Positions 25,960-38,490 of a stretch of DNA of 64,000 nucleotides are shown here, piece by piece. Position numbers and translations under genes: made by a program. Each line of letters begins with the position of its first letter. The stretch's first letter is position 1. The notes beneath the pieces are model-generated. The model worked only from the letters and a program-made list of their open reading frames with translations. It did no database searches and was not told where the DNA came from. Location: assembly GCA_030265395.1 (NCBI GenBank), contig JARFYF010000059.1, positions 11,394,886-11,458,885 of the forward strand, read 5' to 3'. The stretch comes from Rhina ancylostomus (lineage: Eukaryota).

Positions 25960-26905
25960 TTAAAGCTGCCCGTGATTGTCAGCTTTTTCTCTGGTGCCTA
26001 TGGAATGTAATGATCTAGTGTTGCAAAGGATGGGCCTGGCCTTGTTGCCATGCAATACTCCATTCAGCTGGACCTTGGTGCACCACCTATTTCTTGCAGA
26101 AACGTTTCTGCAGAAAAACAAGTCCCTCAGGCAGTGATCTGCATGGAATGCCCTGAAGGCCCTGCAGTGGGCTCTGTGGAATCACTGCCAGGCAGACTGT
26201 CAAAGTCTTTAGGCAGAATGCCTCATCACCGGAACTCACAAGTAAGCACCAAGCCCTCACTGACTGGTGGTGAAAAGAGCTCTCCCTGTCAGATCCTTCA
26301 TGCATAGCTGGAGTCTCAACATGACATGCTACCCTTGAGATGATTGCAATGTGGAGGAAATGATTGTCTACCTCCTTGCGGACTGTGTGTTTGCCAAGAA
26401 GATCTGGAAAGGAATACTGAGATCTTTGTCAGGGTTAGTCCTGAGCAGCTGTGTAGCAGGACCCTGTGGTTAATGGCTATTCCCAGGGATTCGCACTAAG
26501 ACAAACATCAACTGCTGCTGGAAGATATCAGCTTGGCGAAAGACAAACATGGGTCTGCCCAAGATTTCTTATCTTCCAGTATTAGGAGATGTCCATAAAT
26601 ATATGGTGCCAACAGGCACAATCCAAGGTGTAGGAATCCAAGGTGCACTGAAGCTTCATGTAGCCATCACAAAGGCTCTGTTGGGAAAGGATAGTCTAAG
26701 GTCTGCTGCTGCTGAACACAGAGGGGTTGGGTTCCATGTGGGCAGCCTTTCAAATGCTTCACTGATGCAATGTTTGGGGAAGAAACATTAGAGGTATTCA
26801 TACAAGGGAATGTATTGAATTGCTGGTACATTGAATGTAGATAATGACATGTTCCAATTATATTTATTGTAGATATTATGAATAAAGAATACTTTGGGGG
26901 AGAAA
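25960..26905 (+). mobile_element. Tx1/L1-clade LINE 3' end (zf-RVT region) in the last IGSF21 intron
   Basis: Decayed NASSPELTSKHQ..LPVRSFMH..CYP*DDCNVEEMIVYLLADCVFAKKIW (Cys-rich zf-RVT pattern), then an AT-rich 3' UTR ending AATAAA at 26881. Confidence 0.7.
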
Positions 26906-26950
26906 AATAATCTAATAAATCAAGATGATGAATTTTGATCATAATTTCAG

Positions 26951-27024
26951 GTGCGTCATTGTGCAGCAACAGTGCCAGACTAACCTTAGCGATGATTCTA
27001 GCAGTTACATTGGATTTGACGTGA
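26951..27024 (+). CDS. IGSF21: IGSF21 terminal coding exon (GPI-anchor signal and stop)
   Basis: Acceptor ataatttcag|. Translates (G)ASLCSNSARLTLAMILAVTLDLT* with TGA at 27022-27024; human ends GARLTLVLALTVILELT*. Frame is consistent with the three upstream exons. Confidence 0.93.
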
Positions 27025-27177
27025 AAGACCATCAAGGATTTGAGAGGAAGATTATCCATCCAGCAGTTGCGTATGATAAAATATTTTTATTTTAATGTTT
27101 TTATTCAAATTCTGGATGTTCCACTTTCTGTAGGGTTTTCTCACTTGAAAGATGTGCCATTGCTTCATGTATTTCTG

Positions 27178-27183
27178 AATAAA
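27178..27183 (+). terminator. Candidate proximal polyadenylation signal of IGSF21
   Basis: AATAAA about 154 nt after the stop, followed by a T/GT-rich stretch (tcttctcggtcttctgtgg). Confidence 0.5.
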
Positions 27184-30100
27184 GCTTCGTCTGTTTAAAA
27201 GAAGCAGTGATCTTCTCGGTCTTCTGTGGGAAGTATGCTGTGATTTGCAGATACAGACTTGCAGTTTTTTGTATGTTAAATGTAGAGCACCAGCATTTGC
27301 AACGTGAAGGTGAGCAAAGACCAGGCCAGACAACAGAGAAATGTGGCCCACCATTTACTATCCCACTGGCAAAAATCATGTTGCCAATTTACAGAAAGCT
27401 CCTAAAATTTCTCTCCAAGTTTCAAAGGCAAACTATCAACTTTTCCTTATGACTAGAAATGCCCTATTCTCAAGAACTTATCAAGACCCTATTGAATCAA
27501 CGATGGGATAATGTTCTAAACCACTTTATAGCAAAGAGAAGCAGACAGTAACCATGTGAGGGGCTTAGATGAGCAATGGAATGGACAGATTGATAAGTTT
27601 GAGAAGATACTTAAAAGCAGAGAGAAGCTTGAAGTGCAGGAATTTAGCAGACACAGAAAGGAATAAAACTTCTGAAATCTCAGAGCTGCAGGGCAATAAA
27701 TGCTTCCGAGATGTAATTTCTGGTAAAATAATACATGCAAAAATGCAACAGAAACACTTGAGTGTCAGAAGATTACCAGGCAAGTGGCCACTTTAGTGAG
27801 ACAGAGAGACCACCTCTCTAAACTTTATCACATCATTTTGTGAAACTGCATTAGCACATGAACGATGAGTGTGTGTACTTTGTGACATATTTGCTAAGTA
27901 TGTCGGTTTTACAATGCAAAGCATGTCACAAAATTGCTGGTAGTGCACTCATTAAAGTCTATTATCTGCAGTGGAATTTGTATTCACATGGAGATAAATA
28001 ACCATCCATTAATCTTAAAATTCACAACATGTTTTTTCTTGCATTGCATCACTGAATTACCAAATAGCAAACTTGCTGAATACTTAAGGATGGTTTTCAA
28101 ATATCATAATTGTCTTCAGTCAGTTGGTATACGTTCCACCAGAGGCTGCTGTTCCCTGATCAGAAGTATGAACCTGAACTAATTTTACCCCTTTCCCATC
28201 CATATAAGATGCTATCCCCACCGGTGTCACGTCAAGTTTGACATGCGCCATGGGTCAAACCTGAACCTGTACAGCTAAGTGCTCCACTTGGCAGTTCCTT
28301 TACTCCTTACGGCAGGAGAGGAGCTCCTTTTGTTTAAATTCCCATTGATTTCCTTTACAGTTTATTAGATGTGAAATGACCATGATACACTAACCCCATG
28401 TGAAATTTATCTGGTCACAGCTGATATACAATTCCTCCTGTCCAATATTTCGTGCTTTGATAACTTGACAACTGATCAAAGCAGCAGGGTTCAAGATTCT
28501 CTTCTTGAAGCAAAAAGGAACCTTTGGTCTCTAATAAACTCCCAAATCTTCAGCTTTGATGGGTCCTGTATCCATTCAATCTTCCCAGACAAACAATTTT
28601 TTTTGTAATAAAACAGTTACAAAAGAAAATAAAGAATAAACACTTTTTCAAGTTTTTTTGAAACAGGGCACAGGTGATCAATTTTTAAGTTGTGGAAAGT
28701 CCAGAGGGTTGGCAACTTCCAAGCATTCACCAGCTTTGGTATTAAAGGTTGTAAGTTATCCTAGTAATTAACATTTTGTTTAGTTCCATGTAATGTTTAA
28801 ACTAATGGGATTGATGGGAGCTGAGACACATAGTACTGAGAGTTTATTCTGAACGAAGGGTTTGAATTGATGGGGTATTGAAAAACCAGGTAGCTGTCTT
28901 TTTTTTGGGTGGGGAGGGATGTGGCATTTGACTGGCAAAGGAATCATGATCCCTGTATTAAAGGCTTAATGGGCTGGATTAAAGGCTGTTGCTCTGCCGG
29001 TGTTGTTGGATTGTGTGTGGCTGACTATGCAAAAAGAACAGTCAACTGGGAAGTAAGAACGAGAGAGATTGTAGAAGNNNNNNNNNNNNNNNNNNNNNNN
29101 NNNNNNNNNNNNNNNNNNNNNNNNNNNNNNNNNNNNNNNNNNNNNNNNNNNNNNNNNNNNNNNNNNNNNNNNNNNNNGAACAGTACACTGGTAAGTAAGA
29201 AAGAGAGAGATTGTAGACGCATTTTGTTCTGGGTTGAGGTGAGTTATTAAGGTTATACTGTTATGAGTTTATACTGTATGCTATTAATTTTAAATGTTGT
29301 ATATTAGATTTAGCTTGTAACATTTAGCTTAAATGGTGAAATTTAAAATGGTATCCATGGGAGCAGTGTTTTGAGAATCTTATTGGAGTTGCAAGTCCTG
29401 ATTGATTTGAACATCCACTCAGCAGGAAGTGTGAGCAGAGATCAGTCCAACACAGATACGCTGGACTTGAGGAGCACCACCAGTGGACAGTCTGTCACAC
29501 GTGGAAGGTGGCTAGAAGATAGAATTCTCTTGCTGGAAATTACCGATCATGCTCAATCCAAAATTTTGGTTAAATTTAGATGGATAGTTTTTTTGAATAG
29601 GGATAACAGTGTATGGGGTTGCAGGGTATTAGGATTGGACTCATTCTGGGATCTCTAGAAGCAGCTCTCACTGTATCCTGCAAGTTGGTGGAAAACCAAT
29701 TAGTTTTTGTGAATTATGTGGTGAGAGCATGCATGTTCCCATGTCATGGATGATTTATATGGCCAGATATATGGCTTCTGTGTCAAATGACCTGTTTCAG
29801 TGGTGTATCACCCTTTGGCTGAGACTTTCCTGTTGAGAATTTATTTTTTCTTTCCCACATTAGTCCCTGTCCCTCTCTTTGCAGAAGGTGGTACCTCACC
29901 CCCAAGCACATTCACATTTTGGGAGTGTGCAAGTGCTGAGTTATTTGATGATAGGCTGTACCATAGAGAAAACCTTCTCAATGTCTATGCACTGGTTTGC
30001 AATGGGTTCATTTTCTTTGGTCTACACCAGGAATACTCAAGCCAAATAAAGCAAGCCTACTGAAATTGGCTAACCAAGCATAGACGGCAAATCAAATTTG

Positions 30101-30191
30101 GCCCATAGGCTAAACTGGCTCAATATCACCCCTGTGATGGCATTACCCATTAAATCAACAATACTTGAATGATTGTCCTTTTTGTCTGTAC

Positions 30192-30197
30192 AATAAA
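30192..30197 (+). terminator. Candidate distal polyadenylation signal of IGSF21
   Basis: TGTA immediately upstream (ctgtacAATAAA), T-rich sequence downstream, near the end of a ~3.6 kb stretch with few recognisable repeats. Confidence 0.3.
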
Positions 30198-30684
30198 ATC
30201 AATCATTAATCACTTCCCATTTTGCAGCTTTTTATTGAATTTAATATAGTTCAACAATTTGTGTTATTAGAAAAATTGTGCACGTCTATCACTGAGGCCT
30301 TGCTGATCTTCTTATTGAATTTTGTACAATTCAGTGTCATACATAACAATTAGTTTGCAATTCAACAAGCAAGACATTGTGCAATTTTATGGATGTATGG
30401 TTAATACTTTAGAAGGATGAAAGAATAATCTCATGCAGAGTTTGCAAGTCTAGATATTAATTTTGTTTAACCTATTAATCCCACAATTTAATAAAAACTG
30501 ATTGATGACTTCCCGTGCATTTCTATTGTGAATGGAGACTAAGTTGTGCTCAACCTTCCTCTGGGTTTCTTCCTATCTTTTTTTTACTGTATTCAGCAAT
30601 GTGAGAGATGTTCATATGAGAAAAATGAACACTTCCCGTTTCATGAATCTGCTTGTCAGAAACCAGCAGTCAGGAATCAGATCT

Positions 30685-31060
30685 GGTGAGTCCTGAAACA
30701 GGGTTTCCACCCAAAATGTTGACAGTTCCGTCTCCACAAAACCCCATCCCCCTTACCCCCAACAGATGCTGCTTAACCTACTGAGTTCCTCCAGCAGATT
30801 GTTTGCTGCTGGTGAAACCAGATACGGATCAAGGTCCCCTCGTCACTGCCCCAAAATCATGTCTCTGCTCTCAACTCGTCACCTGTCACTCAAGTCCAGA
30901 ACTAATGCAGAGATTGACAGGTTATTGATTGATAAGGGGGTTAAGGGTTATGGGGAGAATGCAGGAGAATTAGGGTTATTAAAAAAAACACCCATGATTG
31001 AATGACGGAGCACACTCGATGGGCTGAATGGCCTAATTCTGCTCCTATATCTTTTGGTCC
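30685..31060 (+). mobile_element. Penelope-like pLTR fragment followed by a CR1 tail
   Basis: gagtcctgaaacagggtttccacccaaaatgttgacag..cagatgctgcttaacctactgagttcctccagc, then gcagagattgacagg..gatgggctgaatggcctaattctgctcctatatc. Confidence 0.7.
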
Positions 31061-31509
31061 TTCCATTTCCCACATATGCTGTCCCATGCTTTCGTTGGCC
31101 AATGTAGAACCTTGCAGTTTGGAATTGAATTCTGTCACATTTCATGCAGGGCCTATACAATCAACTGAAAGGGTACAGTCATCCCATCAGGCTCAAATCC
31201 AGAGATTAAAGAACTCTGTGTGTTCATGCACAACATTCGGAAGGTGTTTCAAACCAGAGTCCTTAGATTCAGATACTCACTGATAAATCAAATACATAAT
31301 TTTGAAGAAAGCAGAAAGCGGATAGGACATGCAATTCACTTCTGTATTACACAGGTGAATGTCATAGATGTACTTAAGGGACAGAGAGATAAATTGATAA
31401 GGAAGAGAATGCAGGGATATGCAAACAAAATTAAACAAAGCACAGTATAACGAGGCATATATGGAGTATGAACCTGAATGGACCTGTTTGACTGAATGGG
31501 TATTTCTGA

Positions 31510-31830
31510 AGAGTAAACTGCATTTCTAAAACATAGTTGGCAGGTTAGGTTGTTCCAAAGTACATTGTAGTGAATAAAATAGCACTGAAGTGTACTCACT
31601 ATTGTAACACAAGAAATACAACAGCAACTGTGCACAGAAGTGAGGTCTTCGAAACAGCAATATGTCAATGACCAAAGAATTGTTTTTTATGATACTTATT
31701 GAGGATAAATCATGGTTAACATATTGGGAACAACTCATGGTCTTAATGAATTGGGTCTTTACAACCACTTGAAAGTGAATAAAGAGCTTCAGTTTAACAT
31801 TTCATCCAAAAGGCAACTCATCCAGCAACA
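31510..31830 (-). mobile_element. Deu-domain SINE fragment
   Basis: Reverse complement resembles the Deu-SINE core and tail (tgtgcacagttgctg..acaatagtgagtacacttcag). Confidence 0.5.
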
Positions 31831-31899
31831 CTGCCCTGCCTTTTTACAATACCATGGTGAAGCCACAATTCACTGTACTGCTTCCAGTTTTATGTTTTA

Positions 31900-32650
31900 G
31901 GTGATCAAAATGTGGTCTCTACATTGGAGAAACCAAATGCTAATTTGATGACTGTTCTGCAGAACATCTCTCTTCAGTTTGCAAGGGTAACTTTGAAATT
32001 ATAGTTAATGATCAGTTTAATTCTCCACCCCACTCCCACTCTGGCTCTGTCTTTGGCCTCCTATTCCAATGAAGTCTAAGCTTGAGGAACAGCATCTTAC
32101 TTTCCATCTTGGCACATTTCAACCTTTGAGACTTGATATTCAATTCAACAATTTCTGATAACTAGACTTTCCTGTTTGTGTCAGAGCTGGCCAGTTCTGA
32201 TACAAGGTCATCTGTTTATGATAGTGGCCGAGTTTTTCTTTCTCTCCAGATGTTACATGATCTGCTCACTATTTCTAGTATTCTCTCTTAATTCAGATTT
32301 CCACAAACTGTTGTGTTCTGCATCTCATGATACTAGCTTTTCTGTATTGTCCTCATCTCCCTCAACTTACTTTCCTACAGACAGATAGCAATGATTAACA
32401 AAAAAGTAAGCACCCTCTTTTTGAGGGCATGAACACTGTTCCGGTCACCTGGACAACCTTGGTGTCACAGGCCTTCATTTTGTTCTTTCTAGCCCATCCC
32501 TTCTCATTTCCTGACCTTTCTGGTTCCGATGCAAGGTCATTGGACCGAAATGTTAACTCTGTTTTTCCATCTCCATAGATGGTGCCTGATTTGCTGAGCA
32601 CCTCTAGTACTTTTTGGGTTTTTTTTAAATCAGGTTTCTAAAATTTGCAG
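31900..32650 (+). mobile_element. Penelope-like element GIY-YIG end and pLTRs
   Basis: LYIGETKC at about 31918, KLEEQHL, and a hammerhead remnant ggttccgatgcaaggtcattggaccgaaatgttaac at 32522. Confidence 0.7.
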
Positions 32651-32689
32651 CTTTGTGCATAATAACTAATGTACTTGCTACGACTCAGA

Positions 32690-32985
32690 TGGAGACCATT
32701 TGGCCCCTTTAATTCATGACAGCTTCCAGAAATGCAAACCTATATCCCTTCTCATTTCCCTGTAGCCCTGCAACTTATTCTTCCTCACATGATCAACTCC
32801 CTGTTTTGGGTGTTCTGCAATTTATCTACACCAAGGGGCAATTTACCTTCGCCAACTAACCTCCCAGCACATCTCTGGGACAAAGGAGGAAACTGGAGCA
32901 CCAGGGGGAAACCCATGTGGTCACAGGGAGAAAATCCAAAGTCCATTAAGTCAGGATCAAACCTGGGTTGCTTCTGTTGTGCAAG
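32690..32985 (-). mobile_element. V-SINE (HE1-like)
   Basis: Reverse complement: ccaggtttgatcctgac..ctccctgtgaccacatgggtttccccctggtgctccagtttcctcc..gtaaattgcccc. Confidence 0.7.
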
Positions 32986-34074
32986 TCTTGCAGGTGGCAT
33001 GGTGCTACAGCTGTTAGTGCTGCTGCTAATGTGCTGAGCACAGTTTTTTCAAACCCTCTTACAAATCCTCCTTCTGATCACAATGCACTGATAACATAAG
33101 AAAGGATGAATTTCAAGGCCAAGATACAGTACTTTAATGATAGGTACATTGTGAAATTAATAAGTTGTATGCTAGTAATAAGAGATGGTGGAGCCTAGAA
33201 AAGGTTATTCGATTAAGGAGAAGCTTTTCACAAACAGGCCTTGATTGGAGTAGAAGAGAGTGTAAAAGTTAAAAATTACCAGTATAAATAATGCAATAGA
33301 TTTCTTTTTGCGAGAAGATTGCAAGAGATCATGACCTCAAAGAATTGTACAACAGAAGTTTTAGTTCAAGAAAGCTGTGTCCAACTGTATTGTCAATAGC
33401 ATCACGTAGGTTCAGTTACTCACTGCATCATATCCATTACACCTAGATGAAGTTCTGTTTTATATAATGTTAAATCTAAAAAAAACAAGCATAGGAGACT
33501 GCATAGAGAACTTTTGTGTTGGCTGTAGTTCAAAGAGTAACATCTTTAAGTCAGAGGGTAGTGGATTCAAGTCCAGCTCCAAAGAGTGAAGCATAACAAT
33601 GACTGCATTTCAAAAGTGTTTCAATGGCTCTGAAGTTCTGAGGTTGTAAAAAATGTCATACAGATACAAGATTTTCATCTTTATATGACAAATAACAATT
33701 CCCTTCCCACGCACCAAATAATCATCCAGGAAATTGTTCAAGAATCTAATCTTAACAATCCACCCAGTACAGTTGCATTTGCAAAACCAGTTGGTGGAAG
33801 AAAACGGCATTGTCTGAAATGCAACCACCCACTCAGATGAAATTTGACCACTTTTGTGATGACGTAACATGAACAAACATGGCAAAGCAACACTCACAAC
33901 TTCCACCACATTCTCTACATGTCCAGATAGATTTAAGATTGAAATCAAAAAAATTCTGATTAAAAATCTTTGACCTAAAACGTTAACTGTTTATCTTTCC
34001 ACACATTCTGCATGGCCTGCTGAGAGCTTCTAACATTTTCTGTTTTTATTTTAGATATAGATATTTTAGATTGG

Positions 34075-34250
34075 ATGCTGTGGTGGTGTCACAGGTCCAG
34101 AAACCCAGGTTCAATCTTGACCTCCAGTCTGTGTAGGGTTTGCACATTCTCTCTGTGGCTGTGGGCTTCCTCCAAATGGTCAGGTTTCCTCCCACATCCC
34201 AAAGGTGTGCCAGTTGGTCAGTTCATTTGCCACTGTAAATTGCCCCTAGA
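34075..34250 (+). mobile_element. V-SINE (HE1-like), followed by a minus-strand CR1 tail to about 34540
   Basis: ccaggttcaatcttgacc..gtttgcacattctctctgtgg..ggtttcctcccacatcccaaag..gtaaattgcccct. Confidence 0.75.
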
Positions 34251-35138
34251 GTTGTACAGCACAGAAATTGGCCATTCTGCCCACCATGTCCATGATGACC
34301 CTTTTGCCCATCTACACTTAACTCATTTGCCCACATTAGGATCGTATCCTTCTATGCCTTTTCTATTCAAGTGTCTGTCTAAGTGTCTCTTGAATGCAGT
34401 AATTATATCTGATTCCACCACCTCCACTGGCAGCACATTCCAGATATCAAATACTCTGTGTAAAATAAACTTTAAACTTCCTTCCTCTCACCTAAAGTCC
34501 TGTGTCCTCTTGTTTTTCATACTCCTACCATGGGAAAAAGTATGTGGGCGGTGAGCAAATGGCAGTAGGGGAGGGGAAAGAAACTGGGGAACGGGGCTGG
34601 TGGAGGATTTGGAAAGCCCCAGAGAGAGAAAGGAACTCAATGGGTGTGGGTTACCTGAAATTAAAGAATTCAGTGTTCATNNNNNNNNNNNNNNNNNNNN
34701 NNNNNNNNNNNNNNNNNNNNNNNNNNNNNNNNNNNNNNNNNNNNNNNNNNNNNNNNNNNNNNNNNNNNNNNNNNNNNNNNNNNNNNNNNNNNNNNNNNNN
34801 NNNNNNNNNNNNNNNNNNNNNNNNNNNNNNNNNNNNNNNNNNNNNNNNNNNNNNNNNNNNNNNNNNNNNNNNNNNNNNNNNNNNNNNNNNNNNNNNNNNN
34901 NNNNNNNNNNNNNNNNNNNNNNNNNNNNNNNNNNNNNNNNNNNNNNNNNNNNNNNNNNNNNNNNNNNNNNNNNNNNNNNNNNNNNNNNNNNNNNNNNNNN
35001 NNNNNNNNNNNNNNNNNNNNNNNNNNNNNNNNNNNNNNNNNNNNNNNNNNNNNNNNNNNNNNNNNNNNNNNNNNNNNNNNNNNNNNNNNNNNNNNNNNNN
35101 NNNNNNNNNNNNNNNNNNNNNNNNNNNNNNNNNNNNNN

Positions 35139-35630
35139 GCTGTGTCCACAAGAAACTCCAAATACATTGGAAGGATAAGCAAACCGACATCAGCATAATC
35201 TCCCAGGCCAACATCCTCAGCACCAAAGTACTAATTACATTCAGTCTGCTCCAATGGACAGGCCATATGGTTCCATGCCTGGTACCAAACTCCTGAAACA
35301 AAGACTCTATTCCAAGTTCTATCGTGGGAGGAAATTGCCAGGTGAATAGAAGAAAAGATTCAAGGATGTTCCTAAAGCCTCCATGGAGAAGTATAATATC
35401 CTCTGGCCCACAGCTGCTCAAAGAGGAGGAGAATCTGGGTTTGCTCAGAAAGCTTAAGTGGTGGAAGGAGTACTACACCTCTCAAACTATCCACCCACCT
35501 GCCCCTTCAAATACCTCCTACCCCACTGGTGGCAGAGTCTAAGGATCACACAATGGTCTCATTATTTCTGTGGGATCTGACATGGCTAGAGTAGAAGCAA
35601 GTCATCTTCAATCCCAAGGGCTCACATAAG
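35139..35630 (+). mobile_element. RTE-clade LINE 3' end
   Basis: KKLQIHWKDKQTDISIISQANILST..LQWTGHMV, and the tail gtagaagcaagtcatcttcaatcccaaggg. Confidence 0.75.
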
Positions 35631-36439
35631 AAGTAGTAGCTGCCTTGGGGATTTACTCGTAGGTGAAAAGTTTTATCTAAATGCAGATTGTGGTTGAATG
35701 TTGTGAAGCAATAATAAAGTTAATTGCCAGACACGTTAATGCCTCTAGCTTTATGAATCTGTTGAAAAGCATAGAAAAGAATTTTCCTCACAAAGTACAG
35801 AAGTCAGCTATGGTTATTTTTTCTCATAATGTAATAAATTCTGATACATTTCAGAGAGTTGCTGATGCATCTGCATATTTTCCAATAATCTGTTTGTTTA
35901 TATTTCAAATTATCACTGTGGCTGTGTTCATCATCTCTGCCCCACCTCCTCCTTCTGGCTCTTGCTTTACATAATACAAACAGACTTTAATACTATATCT
36001 CTTGTTATTATAAGATTTGCTGTTTTTAATCTTTAGCCTGCTGGCTGCTACCTTTAGAATGAAAGCAGTATTAACTGCTGGTGCAGTCAATTTCTCTTTC
36101 CGTTTCTCCCTTCCTCCCTCAAATATGCAAGGCTGTTTCCTAGCAACAGTTCTGTTGTCACTGGCCCCTTTCCAGCAATAGGATCTCAAGTGGATGAGGT
36201 CTGCTAGCAGGTTATTTTGTTGTGGGTGGCTTCACCACTGAACTTGATCCAATCCTTGCTTCAAAACTCCAAAGGCAAAAAGGCATGTTTAACATGAAGG
36301 GCACAATCTTTAACCACTGGACTCACCTCGCCTACCAGAGTCCAGAGAGCTGAGAGGTAGGTCGATGTTACAAAAATGTCAATGCCATTGACTCACTCTC
36401 ACAAAAACAACTTGCATTTTTGTATAACTGTCCACGTAG

Positions 36440-37100
36440 AGTTGAAGAGTTATACAGCAAAGAAATAAGCCCAACTTGTTCATGCCATCCAGGATGTCTA
36501 TCTGAGATAATCCCCATATATGGGAATTATGGCCTGCATTTGGTCCATATCCCTCCAAACCTTTTCTATCCATGTACCCATCCAAATGTCTTTTAAACAT
36601 TGTAATTGTTTCTACAGCTTCCTCTGGCAGCTTGTACCATACACTCAACGCCCTCTATGTGAAAAAGTTGCCCCTCAGGTCCCTTTCAAATTTTCCCCCT
36701 TTCACTATGCTCTCCAATTTTAGACTCCCCTACCCTGGGGAAAAGACTGTGACCATCCAGCTTGTCTATGCCCCCCATGATTTTATATCTCTGTATAAGG
36801 TCACCCCTTAACCTCCTACACTTCAAGGAAAAAAATCCCAACCTATCAAGCCTCCCCTTACAACTCAAGCCCTTCAGTCCGAGCAATATCCTGGTTACAT
36901 TCTTGTGAATCTATTTGACACCCTTTCCAGCTACTGACATCCTTCCAAAAGCTGAACGATCAAAACTACACACAATACTCCAAGTGTGGTCTCACCAATC
37001 ATTTGTACTGTTGTAACATGATATCCCAGCTCCTGTGCTCAGTTCCCCAACTGATGAAGGCAAACATGCCAAATGGCTTCTTCACCATCTGTCTACCTGT
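36440..37100 (-). mobile_element. CR1 LINE 3' fragment
   Basis: MLGLKGLSCKGRLDRLGFFSLKCRRLRGDLIQRYKIMGGIDK; WYKLPEEAVE..FKRHLDGYMDRKGLEGYG. Confidence 0.88.
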
Positions 37101-37419
37101 GTAGTAAAGCATCTTGGGGAGTGATACCACAAAGAATTCAGCACCCAGTCACATATGAAATATCACTAAAGGGATGGTCAGAAGTAAGTTATAAGCAGCA
37201 CCTTAAATTGAGTAAAGAGAGGTGAAACTGTTTAGAGGAGACATACTAATGCTCTTGGCCTGAGACAGGTGAAGGCACAGCCACCAATCATCCGGTGATG
37301 GAAAAAAAAAATCAGGCCACACACAATGGCAGCACTGGATGAATGCAGACTTCACAGAAGATTTTGAGGATAGAATAGGTTACAGAAGCTGGGAGGGAGA
37401 AAGAACACAAGAGATTGGA

Positions 37420-37757
37420 GGCTTAGGTGGATGAATGGAGGTGTTTTGCAAACCAGTCCCCAATCTGCATTTGGTTACTCTGACAAAGCGGGAAACTGCA
37501 TAATGAGCATCAAATGTAATTGACTAAATTGGAAGAAGTACAACTGAATCTCTGCTCACCTTGAAGGACTGTTTGGGTCCCTGGATGGTGGGAAGGGAAG
37601 GGGTAAAAAAAAGTACAGGTATTGTGTCTCCTATGGTTACATCGGAAAGTGTCATGAGAAGGGGAGTAGAGATGGAATCGTGGAGTCTCTTCAGAATGCA
37701 GAAATGGGAAGGGAAGGTCCAGTGCTGGAGGTAGTGGAAATTATGGAAAATGATCTG
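37420..37757 (-). mobile_element. Penelope-like element GIY-YIG region (left arm of fold-back)
   Basis: Minus strand FTPSLPTIQGPKQSFKV, homologous to the right arm. Confidence 0.7.
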
Positions 37758-37770
37758 TCTCCACATCTAG

Positions 37771-38490
37771 CAGATCATTCTGCATAATGTCCACCATCCC
37801 CAACTACAGTATTCTGAAGGGACAATTCCCTTCACTGCTCCTGGTTTGCTCTTCCTTCTCCACAACCCACTCCCTTTCCCACAGCACTTTCACATGAAAC
37901 ATTGGAGATGTAACACTTGCCCTTTTACCTCTTCCTTTCCCATCATCCAGGGTTCCAAACAATCCTTCTTGGTGAAGCAGCAATTCACTTGTACATCTAA
38001 TTTAGTGTACTGCATGCAGTGCTCACAATGTGATTCCTTCTATATTGGAGAAACCAAATACAGATTGGGTGACCCCACTTTGTAGGGCACTTCCATCCAG
38101 CTGCAAACATGGCCTTAAGCTTCTGATTTCCTGTCACTTTAATCCTCCATCCTTCTCTCACTTTGAGCTCTCTTTCTTCTGCTTCCTACATTGGTCCAAT
38201 GATTCCAACTTCCAATTTGTTTCATTTTCTCTTCTGCCTCCAACTACCAATTTTTAAAGTAATTGCTACCTTGACATCATGGTCCACACCCTATCATGCA
38301 CGTTCCTTCCATCCTCTCCACCTTCCCATTTCTTCAATTTAGAACACGCTTGTCTTCTCACTTCCCAATTTTAACAAAGGGTCCTTGAGCCAAAACATTG
38401 ACTCTGTTTTATTTTGCACATTGATGCCTTCTGAGTGTTTCCAGCATTAATTGTTTTTGTTTCAGTTTTCCAACATCTGCAGTTTTTTGC
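37771..38490 (+). mobile_element. Penelope-like element GIY-YIG endonuclease region and pLTR
   Basis: RCNTCPFTSSFPIIQGSKQSFLVKQQFTCTSNLVYCMQCSQCDSFYIGETKYRLGD: GIY-YIG motif with CxxC knuckles. Confidence 0.85.

Noticed and set aside
27022-27030. Stop-codon readthrough of IGSF21
   Set aside because: Context is TGA-AAG, not the TGA-CTAG readthrough motif.
34502-35421. Long ORFs of 170-264 aa (also 61175-61737)
   Set aside because: They are open only because they run through N gaps; the flanks are transposon fragments.
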